NCBI GenBank assembly: GCA_963744145.1
Contig: CAVUSO010000001.1
Coordinates: 832,001 to 896,000 of the forward strand
Reading direction: 5' to 3'
Length of the DNA: 64,000 nt
Source: an uncultured cyanobacterium
GTDB lineage: Bacteria > Cyanobacteriota > Cyanobacteriia > Cyanobacteriales > CAWUOF01
Part shown: in pieces, positions 44,680-55,102 of the stretch
Position numbering within the stretch: the first letter of the stretch is position 1
How the letters are laid out: each line of letters begins with the position of its first letter
Notes under the pieces: model-generated
Database searches by the model: none
Told to the model about the DNA's origin: nothing
What the model saw: only the letters and a program-made list of their open reading frames with translations
Program-made: the position numbers and the translations under genes

Positions 44680-45070
44680 CCCTTCGACTCCGCCCTTCGA
44701 CTACGCGAGCGGGTAAACTCAGGGTAAACGATCGCTCATCTCAAGGAAACATCAACAGAATTTTGTCCGGATTTGTATTAGGGGCGAAGCATTCGGGCGA
44801 TAATTTATTACTCAAATTTTACCCTGAGCGAAGTCGAAGGGCGGTTAATATTTATATCCGAATGCTGATGCCTACGGCATCGCTACGTGAACGCCCAGTT
44901 CTTTGCCGAGAGTTCCCAAAAAATTCTTAACTGAATCGTATTGATATATATTTGATCGATTGGCTGCATAGATGGTGAGGGCTCTCGCATTTCGGTAATA
45001 TTATGCTTCGTTTGAGCTATCATTTATGCGCCGAAATGCTTTGCCCCTACAGTTAACTGAACCATATTGA
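44680..45070. repeat. Nested REP/MITE-type repeats inside the array trailer
   Basis: CCCTTCGACTACGC units, TAGGGGCGAAGCATTCGG...CCGAATGCT hairpins and CTTAACTGAA.CGTATTG ends, shared with the 51031-51180 element. Confidence 0.7.
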
Positions 45071-45138
45071 TTTGTAGTTAGAATTCAATAATTGGTATGA
45101 AATACGGTAAAAGGAACCGAATAAGTAGTGGGAGGAAA

Positions 45139-45223
45139 CTTTCTCAATACTGAATCCCGGTAACGGGACTGAAACTGTTATTCGGTTTTCAAGGTTCAGG
45201 TCTGTAACTTTCTCAATACTGAA
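45139..45223 (+). CRISPR. Detached terminal repeat-spacer-half-repeat unit
   Basis: Variant repeat at 45139-45175 (GGTAAC), 32-nt spacer, then the first 16 nt of the repeat at 45208-45223. Confidence 0.85.
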
Positions 45224-46514
45224 CTCCGATCAGGTTACCACTTTGCTGCTGCCTCGGTAAATCGATAATCAACTCTGTTCCTCTTCCCAAAGTAGAAAAA
45301 CAAGTTAATTTACCACGATGTTTTTGGGTAATAATTTGGTAACTGATCGGTAGTCCCATTCCCGTACCTTTCCCAACTGGTTTGGTCGTGAAAAATGGAT
45401 TAAATATCTGTTTTTGCATTGCTTCTGTCATTCCTGGTCCATTATCGGCGATCGCAATTCTGACCCAATCGGAATCAACTACCGATGTAGAAATTGTAAT
45501 GGTCGGTGCGAGATAGTGTGGCAGATCAACTGTTACATTTTTTTGTTGTTCTTCTAGTACATCGATCGCATTCACAATTAGATTCATAAATACCTGGTTA
45601 AGTTCCCCAGATAAACATTCTACTTTGGGAATTTTACCATAGCTTTTAATTATTTGGATGGTGGGATGGTCATAATTAGCTCTGAGACGATGTTGTAAGA
45701 TCACTAAAGTATTGTCAATTCCTTCATGAATATTCACCAGTTTAAATCCGGATTCATCTGTCCGTGAAAAATTTTGGAGCGATCGCACTAAATCCCGAAT
45801 CCGATTGGTGCCCATTTGCATTGAATTGAGCAATTTAACTAAGTCTTCTTCTAAAAATTCCAGCTCAATTGTGTCGATTTCAGTTTGAATTTCTAAGTCA
45901 GGTATTGGGTAATGTTTTTGATAAAGCTGAATCAGACTCAGGAGATTTTCAACATATTCTTTCACATAGCCAATATTCCCATGAATAAAGTTAACAGGAT
46001 TATTAATTTCATGGGCAATTCCTGCCATTAATTGTCCTAAACTAGACATTTTTTCAGTTTGGATCATTTGGGGAAATTGCTGAAGTTGATTTAGGGTTTC
46101 CTTTAAGTTTTCTGCTTGCTGTTTTAAAGATACTTGCGATCGCCTTAATTCTAGTTCTATATAGGATTTTTCGCGAATTTCTTGAATTAAAGGTCGATAG
46201 ATGAAAAAGTATAGTGCTGGAGAAATTAGTAGTGATAACAGGGTCGAATCAAGAAAAGCTTCGACTAGATCTGGTATTTTTGGCAAAACTAGAAATAATA
46301 ACATCACAAAAGTCTCAGCCAAAAATACTGAAAGTGCCATTTTCATTAAAAATTCCCATGGATTTCTTAGCTTGATATTTAGATCTATAGAATCTAAATC
46401 AATCTGTTTCAGCTCCATTATCGATTCTTCAATTATCGGTTTTTTCTGATTAGCTGTACTAAATTTTTTAAGTTTTTGGTCTTGATGTTGAGCAGGTGTG
46501 GTAATCATTGTCAA
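45213..46514 (-). CDS. Membrane-bound sensor histidine kinase
   Basis: Two TM helices, H-box AGIAHEINNP, N-box NQVFMNLIVNA, DNGPG and GKGTGMGL; start uncertain. Confidence 0.9.
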   Translation of the reverse strand: MTMITTPAQHQDQKLKKFSTANQKKPIIEESIMELKQIDLDSIDLNIKLRNPWEFLMKMALSVFLAETFVMLLFLVLPKIPDLVEAFLDSTLLSLLISPALYFFIYRPLIQEIREKSYIELELRRSQVSLKQQAENLKETLNQLQQFPQMIQTEKMSSLGQLMAGIAHEINNPVNFIHGNIGYVKEYVENLLSLIQLYQKHYPIPDLEIQTEIDTIELEFLEEDLVKLLNSMQMGTNRIRDLVRSLQNFSRTDESGFKLVNIHEGIDNTLVILQHRLRANYDHPTIQIIKSYGKIPKVECLSGELNQVFMNLIVNAIDVLEEQQKNVTVDLPHYLAPTITISTSVVDSDWVRIAIADNGPGMTEAMQKQIFNPFFTTKPVGKGTGMGLPISYQIITQKHRGKLTCFSTLGRGTELIIDLPRQQQSGNLIGVQY

Positions 46515-46847
46515 ATTCTTCCGTACAAGTGTTATTGATGGTTAGATGTCAATTTTCAATATTATGTATATCTATATTTTTATAAATAGATATAAAATCA
46601 ATAGTTGATGCTCACACATATTGATATTTGGATGAATTATTTTTCACATAAAGCACACTCCAGCATCGAGCATAACTAATGGTAGATTAGCTCAAAGCAA
46701 AATTAGAATAAGCCAATTTACCTAATTCTAAAAAATATCTAGATAATTTATGAATAATTTGTGAATTACGAGCCAATATTAGTCAAAATTAATAATTTTA
46801 TAATATTAGGCAAAGGAAGAAGTTTTGCCTGAGTATATAGATTAAAT

Positions 46848-46874
46848 AAAAAAACCGGTTTGTAAGCAAACCGG
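46848..46874 (-). terminator. Probable intrinsic terminator of ftsH
   Basis: Minus strand reads CCGGTTTG-CTTA-CAAACCGG followed by a T run, about 50 nt after the stop. Confidence 0.7.
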
Positions 46875-46922
46875 ATTACACAAATTGAAAATTAGAACCA
46901 GCGCTCGAATGATAGCGACAGA

Positions 46923-48809
46923 TTAAATTTGAGGTAAAAATTTTTCTTTTTCTGGTACATCTGCATATTCAGATACAATTTGGCGAAATTCTGCCCCATC
47001 AATTGTTTCTTTTTCAATTAACAAATCAACCAGTCGGTCAATCACAGTGCGATTGTCGCGCATAATACCGAGAGCTTTTTGATAACAATGATCAACGATC
47101 CCACGTACTTGACCATCAATCCGAGCAGCGATTTCTTCGGAGTATTCAGAACGAGCCATTAAATCCCGACCTAAAAATACTTCACTTTGTTGACTTTCTA
47201 AGGACAGAGGACCTAAATTCGACATTCCAAATCGAGTTACCATTTGACGAGCCATTCCCGTCACCTGTTGTAAGTCATTACCAGCACCAGTAGTAACTTC
47301 TGCATCTCCGAAAATCACTTCTTCAGCAGCACGACCCCCTAAAGCACCAGTAATTCGAGCCAGGATCTGCGATCGGGAAACCAAACTTTGATCTTCTCCT
47401 GGTGCAAACCAGGTCAAACCGCGAGCTTGTCCACGGGGAACTAAAGTTACTTTCTGCACAGGATCGTGATCCTTAATCAGAGTCCCGACGATCGCATGAC
47501 CAATTTCGTGATAAGCAATCAAACGCTTACTTTTGCTATCAACTAAGGGAGTACCCTCCATCCCAGCAATTACCCGATCGACTGCATCATCAATTTCCAA
47601 CATCGTAATTGCATCTTTGCGACGACGTGCGGTTAAAATTGCTCCTTCATTGAGCAAGTTGGCTAAATCTGCACCAGTAAACCCAGGAGTTCGACGAGCG
47701 ATCGCTTCGAGGGAAACCTCGGGTGCTAACTTTTTATTGCGAGCGTGAACATTAAGAATTTCTAAGCGACCTTTAATATCTGGTGCATCAACAGTGACTT
47801 GTCGGTCAAAGCGACCAGGACGTAACAGGGCTGCATCAAGAACATCAGGACGGTTAGTCGCAGCAATAATAATAATACCTGTATTGCCTTCAAACCCATC
47901 CATCTCCGTCAGTAACTGATTGAGGGTTTGTTCCCGTTCATCATTACCACCACCAATTCCGGCACCCCGTTGACGACCGACCGCATCAATTTCATCAATA
48001 AAGATAATACAGGGTGCATTATCCTTAGCTTTTTTGAACAAATCCCGGACTCGGGAAGCTCCTACTCCCACAAACATTTCCACAAATTCCGAACCAGAAA
48101 TACTGAAGAAGGGAACACCAGCTTCACCAGCGATCGCTTTTGCTAAGAGAGTTTTCCCCGTCCCAGGAGGACCAACCAATAACACACCTTTAGGAATTTT
48201 TGCTCCTACTGCGGTAAAGCGTTCTGGTTTTTTCAAAAATGTAACTACTTCTTGCAATTCTTCTTTTGCTTCTTCAATTCCAGCTACATCATCAAATAGC
48301 ACACCGGTTTTTGCTTCCATTTGAAATCTGGCTCGAGATTTGCCAAAATTCATGGCTTGACCAGGTCCACCACCGACATTATTAGAACGACGGAAGAGAA
48401 AGAATAAACCAGCAATTAACAGTAAGGGAAATACTAAATTGCCCAATAATCCCCAGATCGCACTATTATTACGCATGGGATGAGAATCAAAGCTCACCTT
48501 ACTATCTCTGAGTTGGGCGATTAGTTCTGGAGCGCTAGCTGGGAGATCCACTCTCCATCTTTGGATTTGGTTGTCTAAATCGGGATCAGTAACTTCTACG
48601 ATCGCAGTTCGACTCCCATCGTAGAGATCAACACTAGTTACTCGTCCCGTGTGCAAATATTCTAAAAAGTGGCCGTAGGTCATCCGCGTACTGGCAGTAT
48701 TTTTGCTCATCTCCAGAGAAGAAGGGAAAAATGACCCTTGCCAGAGCAAAAATCCGATGATTCCGGCTGGTAATAACCATAATAGAATGACTTTCCAAGG
48801 AAGTTTCAT
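46923..48809 (-). CDS. ftsH2: ATP-dependent zinc metalloprotease FtsH (FtsH2 type)
   Basis: [24 protein letters not shown] zinc motif, two TM segments; [10 protein letters not shown] and EKFLPQI termini typical of FtsH2. Confidence 0.92.
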   Translation of the reverse strand: MKLPWKVILLWLLPAGIIGFLLWQGSFFPSSLEMSKNTASTRMTYGHFLEYLHTGRVTSVDLYDGSRTAIVEVTDPDLDNQIQRWRVDLPASAPELIAQLRDSKVSFDSHPMRNNSAIWGLLGNLVFPLLLIAGLFFLFRRSNNVGGGPGQAMNFGKSRARFQMEAKTGVLFDDVAGIEEAKEELQEVVTFLKKPERFTAVGAKIPKGVLLVGPPGTGKTLLAKAIAGEAGVPFFSISGSEFVEMFVGVGASRVRDLFKKAKDNAPCIIFIDEIDAVGRQRGAGIGGGNDEREQTLNQLLTEMDGFEGNTGIIIIAATNRPDVLDAALLRPGRFDRQVTVDAPDIKGRLEILNVHARNKKLAPEVSLEAIARRTPGFTGADLANLLNEGAILTARRRKDAITMLEIDDAVDRVIAGMEGTPLVDSKSKRLIAYHEIGHAIVGTLIKDHDPVQKVTLVPRGQARGLTWFAPGEDQSLVSRSQILARITGALGGRAAEEVIFGDAEVTTGAGNDLQQVTGMARQMVTRFGMSNLGPLSLESQQSEVFLGRDLMARSEYSEEIAARIDGQVRGIVDHCYQKALGIMRDNRTVIDRLVDLLIEKETIDGAEFRQIVSEYADVPEKEKFLPQI

Positions 48810-49133
48810 AAGCCACTAGTTTCCCTAATAAATTACGACAACAAGCATTCAGGATCACAAAAACTACGCCCTGGGCGACTCAGCCATTGGCCAACGGGGG
48901 GTCTGCGCTGGGGGAAAGCGATATTTTTGTTTTAATAATCTTAACTTAATTTAACTTAATCATGGTCAAATTGGACAAGATGAAAGAGAAATTGTTGGCT
49001 ATAGTGGCGAATTATGATAAATGTGCGATCGTCATGAGCAAAAATAGATCGATGCCACGATCTGCTGAAACTTTCAGTGTTCTGACCAATTAGCGCATAA
49101 TATGATGAGTATAGGTGGAGTTAACTCGTTCTC

Positions 49134-50294
49134 ATGAATAGCCAACAACCCGTTCAGCCTGCTAGTCTACCGATGAATACCAATCCAACGACTCCTAAAC
49201 CCACTACTGGGACTGGGTATAATCCCAGACCCAGTGTTTCATCTCAAAAACAGATCCTGAGTGTAGATTTAGGTCGGACATCGACGAAAACTTGTGTTAG
49301 TCGTGATGTGAATGGAGTTATTTTCATCCCCGCTAATGTCAAACACTTGACCATCGAACAAGTTAGAGGTGGTGGCTTTGAATCAAAAACTACAGATCCT
49401 TTACTAGATATGTGGGTAGAGTATCAAAATCGCGGCTATGCCATTGGTCAATTAGCGGCAGACTTTGGTGCGGATCTGGGCATTGGACAATCCAAAATTG
49501 AGAATGCAGTGGTAAAAGTCCTCGCCGCAGCTGGATATTTTCAGATCGATGGTGATATATCAGTAGTGTTAGGTCTACCTTATCTGTCCCAAGAACAATT
49601 TGAGCAAGAAAAACAAGACCTGATCAGTCGGCTCACGGCTCGTCATAAACTGACATACCGAGGAGAATCGCTCTCGGTGAACATTATCCAAGTTTGGGTG
49701 ATGCCTGAAGGATATGGTAGTTTGATTTGGAGTGAAGCTCAAGATAAAAAAACTGCCCTCACTCCCGATTTTGCCAATTTGTCGATCGCTGTAGTAGATA
49801 TTGGTCACCAAACAACTGATTTTCTCATGGTAGATGGTTTTCGATTTGCCCGAGGAGCTTCAGAAAGTATCAATTTCGCGATGAATCAGTTTTATACTAA
49901 AGTCGCAGAAAGAATTGCCGAAAAAGTTGACAAAGCTGATCCTAAAGAAATTAGCCAATCTCTCTCTCTGCTCAAAGCAGTTCACGAACCCCAAGGAGAG
50001 CGGTTCTATCGTGCTAAAGGATCGACCAAACCAGTTAATCTTGATGAATTTTTGCCAGAATTAAAGAAAAGTTTTGCTCAAGAATTGTCCGATCGCTTGG
50101 TGAAATGGCTCCCAGAACGGGTGACTGATGTCGTTGTAACTGGTGGTGGAGGAGAGTTTTTCTGGGCAGATTTCCAACCGTTGCTCAAAGAAGCTAAACT
50201 AAAAGCACATTTAGCAGAGCATTCTCGGAAAGCGAATGCCCTAGGACAGTATATCTACGGAGAAGCCCAAATGTTGGCTTCGGCAAACAGATAA
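49134..50294 (+). CDS. ParM/StbA family actin-like ATPase (chromosomal)
   Basis: SVDLGRTSTK phosphate-1, PEGYG, VDIGHQTTD phosphate-2 and TGGGG adenosine motifs. Confidence 0.88.
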   Translation: MNSQQPVQPASLPMNTNPTTPKPTTGTGYNPRPSVSSQKQILSVDLGRTSTKTCVSRDVNGVIFIPANVKHLTIEQVRGGGFESKTTDPLLDMWVEYQNRGYAIGQLAADFGADLGIGQSKIENAVVKVLAAAGYFQIDGDISVVLGLPYLSQEQFEQEKQDLISRLTARHKLTYRGESLSVNIIQVWVMPEGYGSLIWSEAQDKKTALTPDFANLSIAVVDIGHQTTDFLMVDGFRFARGASESINFAMNQFYTKVAERIAEKVDKADPKEISQSLSLLKAVHEPQGERFYRAKGSTKPVNLDEFLPELKKSFAQELSDRLVKWLPERVTDVVVTGGGGEFFWADFQPLLKEAKLKAHLAEHSRKANALGQYIYGEAQMLASANR

Positions 50295-50310
50295 ACTAAG
50301 GTTTAACCTA

Positions 50311-50967
50311 ATGGTGGCATGGTGGGCTAAAAAAAAATCGGTCACATTTACTTCCGATAGTGCAGACCAAAACTTGCTAGCAGATATTGAACAAGTTTTG
50401 GCTGAACATCAGTATGAAAATTTCAGTGACCTCTGTAAACAAGCCCTCTGGCAATTTTTAGCACAATCTGAATTGGTACAACCTAGTTATAATTCCCCTG
50501 AGCTTTTGTCTCAAATGGCTCAAGCTAAACTCCCAAGTGTTAACACTGGAGCAGGGGAAGTTTCTTCTCAATCTAGTGTGACCAACCAACCAGATGCTAA
50601 ATATATTGCTGAACTACAGCAAAAAATTACTGAGCTTGAACAAAAACTGCAACGTACTCAATCCCCAGAGGAGTCCGTTGGAAGTCAGTCTGTCAATGAA
50701 CTACAGCGTCAATTTGTTGAATTAAAGAATTATGTGGATACGGCTGAATCTAGACGTTTAGCACAATTAGAACATCAGCTCAATCAATTGACTCAAAAAT
50801 TCCAAGAATTGCTGGAAATGAAGGTTAATCAAGAATTAATGGAAAAACCTGTTGGTAAAATTAATCCATCTATCCCCAAAAATCCTGAACCTCAAGAATA
50901 TCCTCCAGCACCTGCTTCAGATGATGATGTGTTAAAGCGTATCGGTTCGATGTTAGATAGTTTTTAA
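50311..50967 (+). CDS. ParR-like partner protein (RHH-like N terminus plus coiled coil)
   Basis: 16 nt downstream of ParM; FSDLCKQAL helix, central coiled coil, aromatic/basic N terminus MVAWWAKKK. Confidence 0.6.
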   Translation: MVAWWAKKKSVTFTSDSADQNLLADIEQVLAEHQYENFSDLCKQALWQFLAQSELVQPSYNSPELLSQMAQAKLPSVNTGAGEVSSQSSVTNQPDAKYIAELQQKITELEQKLQRTQSPEESVGSQSVNELQRQFVELKNYVDTAESRRLAQLEHQLNQLTQKFQELLEMKVNQELMEKPVGKINPSIPKNPEPQEYPPAPASDDDVLKRIGSMLDSF

Positions 50968-51030
50968 GATTGGCAAAATTCAATTGGTGGGACAGACAAG
51001 ATGTCTGTCCTACAATAGATTCATATATTC

Positions 51031-51180
51031 CAATACAGTTTGTAGGGGCGAAGCATTCGGGCGATAATTTATCACTTACACCAGTTGATCTTATATCCGA
51101 ATGCTTCGCCCTTCGACTACGCTCAGGGTAAACCCTGCTTCGCCGATATCTTCAAAAAAAATCTTAACTGAACCGTATTG
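51031..51180. mobile_element. MITE-like repeat (CAATAC...CTTAACTGAACCGTATTG ends) with nested hairpin repeats
   Basis: Related copies at 56932-57067, 60701-60800 and within 44770-45070. Confidence 0.65.
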
Positions 51181-51199
51181 TCAAATATTCCACAGATAT

Positions 51200-51793
51200 T
51201 TAGCTAAACTGAGTATTAGATGGTACGATGATTGGTTGACGATTAACCGTATTTTCTAACTCTACCCCAGCCCAGCGACGATAATCAGATAAAAGCTGGT
51301 GCATCAGTCTTTGTTTAATGGTTAACAATACACTACATAACAAAGCATTACCAGCTGCTTCTGAAATTGGTGCAGGAGTCAAGCATAAAGGTGGGGGTAA
51401 TTCTACAATTACTTCTAAATCAGCTTGACCAATCAAACGAGTCACCCCATTAATTTGGGATGGATAAAGCTTACCGAACAGATTTAAGGAAAAACGCTGA
51501 TTAATATACTCAATTCCCCGAATTTCACAAGCGACTGACTTTAAATAAATTGTTTCATTCGCACCTAACCAAACTCTCATGTCTACTGTAGGTTGAATGC
51601 TCAACATCATAAAAGTCAGTGGACGCATGGTCAAACGAAACAATTCTGGACTAAGTTGTTCCATCCGACTGGAGTCTACCAGAGCATATACTAAGCGTTT
51701 TGGTTGACGTAAATAGTGCTGAATGGGCACCGATTGCTCTGGGACAGCAATCTCAACTGATTGTGAAGCTACAAACCTGGTAAGCATGATCAA
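51200..51793 (-). CDS. DUF1997 family protein
   Basis: PIQHYLRQPKRLV and LLTIKQRLMHQLLSDYRRW, typical of this cyanobacterial family. Confidence 0.8.
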   Translation of the reverse strand: MIMLTRFVASQSVEIAVPEQSVPIQHYLRQPKRLVYALVDSSRMEQLSPELFRLTMRPLTFMMLSIQPTVDMRVWLGANETIYLKSVACEIRGIEYINQRFSLNLFGKLYPSQINGVTRLIGQADLEVIVELPPPLCLTPAPISEAAGNALLCSVLLTIKQRLMHQLLSDYRRWAGVELENTVNRQPIIVPSNTQFS

Positions 51794-52007
51794 TTAGGCT
51801 TGGGTAACATTTCTTTTCATCTTGTCTCTTAATTTTACAATTCTTTACAATTTTTTTAAATTGGTTAAGACTGTAATTTCGATAATTTTGCTAGTGTAGC
51901 TCAAAATAGTCAGGAAATTTTAGCCAACTGAGACACGAATTGTCCTAGTCTATATTAGAAAAGTTAATAAAAACAGATAAAATCATCCAGAGCAAAGGTT
52001 GAATCCC

Positions 52008-52865
52008 ATGACTGTATCAATTGCCCATTTAGGACCACCTGGCACCTATACGGAAGCAGCAGCTCTCGCTTACGTGAACTATCTGAAACAAGAGACTGGT
52101 AACAAGTGTATATTATGTCCTTATCCTAGCATTCCCCAAACTCTTAGAGCTGTAGTAGAAGCGCAAACAGATCAAGCAGTTGTACCAGTGGAAAATTCAA
52201 CGGAAGGTAGCGTCACCATGACGTTAGATACTCTGTGGAGATTGGATAATTTAGTGATCCAAAGAGCATTAGTTTTACCAATAGTTCACACTTTGATTTC
52301 CTTTGCACCAAATTTGGCAGAAATTAAAACAGTTTATTCCCATCCCCAAGCACTGTCTCAATGTCAGGGTTGGTTAGAAAGATTTTTGTCCCCAGCTCAA
52401 TTAATTCCGACCAATTCAAACACAGAAGCATTACAGCGTTTAAAAGCAGAACCAACCGCAGCAGCGATCGCTTCCGAAAAAGCAGCTAAATTGTATAACT
52501 TACCAATTCTAGCATCAGGAATTAATGATAATCCTGAAAACTCCACTCGTTTTTGGGTGATGAGTTTACAACCTTCCCAGGGAGGTAGTCATACATCTTT
52601 GGGTTTTAGTGTACCAGCTAATGTGCCTGGAGCTTTAACCAAACCTTTACAAGCGTTTGCTGATCGAGGAATTAACTTAAGTCGGATTGAATCTCGTCCT
52701 ACCAAGCGATCGCTTGGTAGTTATTTTTTCTTTATGGACTTAGAAGCGGATATTAGAGAACCATTAGTCCAATCAGCTTTAGAGGAATTAAGATTATATA
52801 CAGAGACTTTGAAAATATTTGGTAGTTATTCCTTATTACCGATTAAATCAGCAGTAGAAAATTAA
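52008..52865 (+). CDS. pheA: Prephenate dehydratase
   Basis: HLGPPGTYTE, PVENSTEG, SHPQAL, NSTRF and ESRP (ACT domain) motifs. Confidence 0.95.
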   Translation: MTVSIAHLGPPGTYTEAAALAYVNYLKQETGNKCILCPYPSIPQTLRAVVEAQTDQAVVPVENSTEGSVTMTLDTLWRLDNLVIQRALVLPIVHTLISFAPNLAEIKTVYSHPQALSQCQGWLERFLSPAQLIPTNSNTEALQRLKAEPTAAAIASEKAAKLYNLPILASGINDNPENSTRFWVMSLQPSQGGSHTSLGFSVPANVPGALTKPLQAFADRGINLSRIESRPTKRSLGSYFFFMDLEADIREPLVQSALEELRLYTETLKIFGSYSLLPIKSAVEN

Positions 52866-53014
52866 TAACTCAGATTTGTGCTGTAAATAACAGTCCCCGT
52901 TATTATATGTCTCAACAGAAAGATCCGGATCAGGTTGATTTGACCAAGTAGGATAAATTAATCACTCATAAGTTTTACCTACTGACGACCAATTTTGGTC
53001 AGATTCGTGAGAAT

Positions 53015-54124
53015 ATGATAGCAAATCTCAAGATCCAAAACTTCAAACCATTTCAGGATTGCTCACTTCAACTCAAACCCCTAACTCTACTTTCTGGTCT
53101 AAATAGCACTGGTAAATCTTCGGTTTTACAAGTGTTACTTTTATTACGTCAGTCATACCAACAGGGTTTATTACCTCATAAAGGTTTAGCACTTAATGGT
53201 GACCTAGTCCGGATTGGAATCGCTCAAGATGCTCTTTTTGAAGGGTCAAAAGAAAAATCGATCGGGTTTGATATCCAATGGCAAAATTGCCAAAAAGGAA
53301 ATTGGCATTTCCATTATAATCAACAAACGGACATCTTAGAGATTGATTCACCTCCAGCTGCTGCTGAAATTTTTAAATCAAGCATTTTTAGCGATAAATT
53401 CTATTACTTACAAGCAGAGCGGATCGGTTCTCGCTCTTATTTAGAAATAGCTGATCAGCAAGTAAAACAGCATCGTCAACTTGGTACGAGAGGGGAATAT
53501 ACAACACATTTTCTTTCTCTATATGGAGATGAAAAAATTACCAGTCCCCTCCTGAGTCATCCAGAAGAACAATCTCTGAGTCTCATGTCTCAAGTAGAAG
53601 CATGGATGAGAGAAATTAGCCCAGGAATCAGACTGAAAGTTCAATCAAATCCTAGTCTCAATCTCGTCAATTTGCAATGTTGCTATGGATTGAGTGATTC
53701 CTATCTTACTAACAATGTAGGGTTAGGAATTAGTTATAGTTTACCCATAATTGTAGCTCTGCTAACGTCAAAACCCGGAACATTAATCATTATTGAAAAT
53801 CCAGAAGCTCATCTTCATACCAAAGCACAAGCGAAAATTGGTGAATTATTTGCTCTGGTCGCTAATTGTGGGATTCAGATGATTATAGAAACTCACAGTG
53901 AACATATTTTAAATGGGATTCGTCTAGCTGTTTATGCTGGCAAATTACCACCTAAATACCTCCAATTACATTACTTTCATCGTCGCGAACAAAACGGACA
54001 AACAGTCCCAGAAATTATCTCTCCTCGGATTGATAAAAATGGCCGAATTGATTATTGGTCAGCCGGATTTTTTGATGAATGGGAGAAAGGCTTAGATGTT
54101 TTATTAGAATCAGTAGAAAAATGA
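53015..54124 (+). CDS. AAA/ABC-type ATPase with C-terminal DUF3696
   Basis: GLNSTGKSS Walker A, IIIENPEAHLH, IIETHSEH, C-terminal IDKNGRIDYWSAGFFD. Confidence 0.8.
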   Translation: MIANLKIQNFKPFQDCSLQLKPLTLLSGLNSTGKSSVLQVLLLLRQSYQQGLLPHKGLALNGDLVRIGIAQDALFEGSKEKSIGFDIQWQNCQKGNWHFHYNQQTDILEIDSPPAAAEIFKSSIFSDKFYYLQAERIGSRSYLEIADQQVKQHRQLGTRGEYTTHFLSLYGDEKITSPLLSHPEEQSLSLMSQVEAWMREISPGIRLKVQSNPSLNLVNLQCCYGLSDSYLTNNVGLGISYSLPIIVALLTSKPGTLIIIENPEAHLHTKAQAKIGELFALVANCGIQMIIETHSEHILNGIRLAVYAGKLPPKYLQLHYFHRREQNGQTVPEIISPRIDKNGRIDYWSAGFFDEWEKGLDVLLESVEK

Positions 54125-54126
54125 TT

Positions 54127-54894
54127 TTATTGCTCTTGATCTAGACCTAATGACTTTAAGCGATCGCGCAGTTTTTCGGTTTGTTGACGTTCTTGAGCTA
54201 AAGCAGCTAAAGCTTGTTCTTTTGCTTGTTGTTCTTTTTGGGCTCTTTCCGTTCCTAACAAGATTAAATTTTCCTCTTGATCATAAAATCTCAGCCAAGT
54301 GGCATTTTCTTGATAAATTGTACCTGACCATTTCCCTAACCATAATCCTAATATTTCACACCATAACCAACCTTGCTCATTGGGAATAATCTCCTGATAT
54401 TGTCGGTTTGCTCCTAAATTCCATCCTTGGAATGAATCTGGTTGAAACGGATCATAGATAAAGTAATATTGAGTCCGAAACGTCTGTTCATAGATTTTTT
54501 TCTTTTCAGTTTTGTCTTGTTTAGCTGTAGTCGGTGACAGTAATTCTACAATCACATCGGGATAGCGTCCTTCTTCTTCCCACACTACCCATCCTTGTCT
54601 TTCTTTTGTACCATCCACATCTAAGACGACAAAAAAATCTGGTCCGCGAAAATCTTGATTTCTGGCTTGTTTGCTGCTGTAATAAACAAACATATTTCCA
54701 CCAGCAAAAAAATCATCTCTTTCTTGAAGAGCTTCATAGATAGCTTCAATCAAGACATTGATTGCGATGCGATGTCGATTACTTTCCAAGGGGACTCCAT
54801 CATCAAAAATTAAATCGGTTGGGGGAAGAGGTGGTGTCCATTCCTGTGGTGCCAAATTTTCCAGTTCTGGTGGTTGGATCAGATTAGTGGACAT
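54127..54894 (-). CDS. Uma2 family endonuclease
   Basis: GPDFFVV, PDVIVELLSPTT, YFIYDP and a C-terminal coiled coil. Confidence 0.9.
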   Translation of the reverse strand: MSTNLIQPPELENLAPQEWTPPLPPTDLIFDDGVPLESNRHRIAINVLIEAIYEALQERDDFFAGGNMFVYYSSKQARNQDFRGPDFFVVLDVDGTKERQGWVVWEEEGRYPDVIVELLSPTTAKQDKTEKKKIYEQTFRTQYYFIYDPFQPDSFQGWNLGANRQYQEIIPNEQGWLWCEILGLWLGKWSGTIYQENATWLRFYDQEENLILLGTERAQKEQQAKEQALAALAQERQQTEKLRDRLKSLGLDQEQ

Positions 54895-55102
54895 AGAAAT
54901 ATCCTGCTGGTTGAGATTCTGGTTTCTATTCTATCCTAAACTTCTAGGTACTTGACTAGGATGAGCGATTTTTATCCTTAACTCTTAATGTTGGCGATCG
55001 CGATCATTGATCGCGATCACCAAGTCTATTATGATCTAGAGTAGTGTGGCTGTTTTAGTTTGGTTAATCTCAAAGATTTGGATATATAGCGCAGGATATT
55101 TT

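Noticed and set aside
28258..45223. Self-targeting spacers matching genes in this window
   Set aside because: None noticed by eye beyond HIP1 octamers and one 10-mer; a computational search is needed to exclude them
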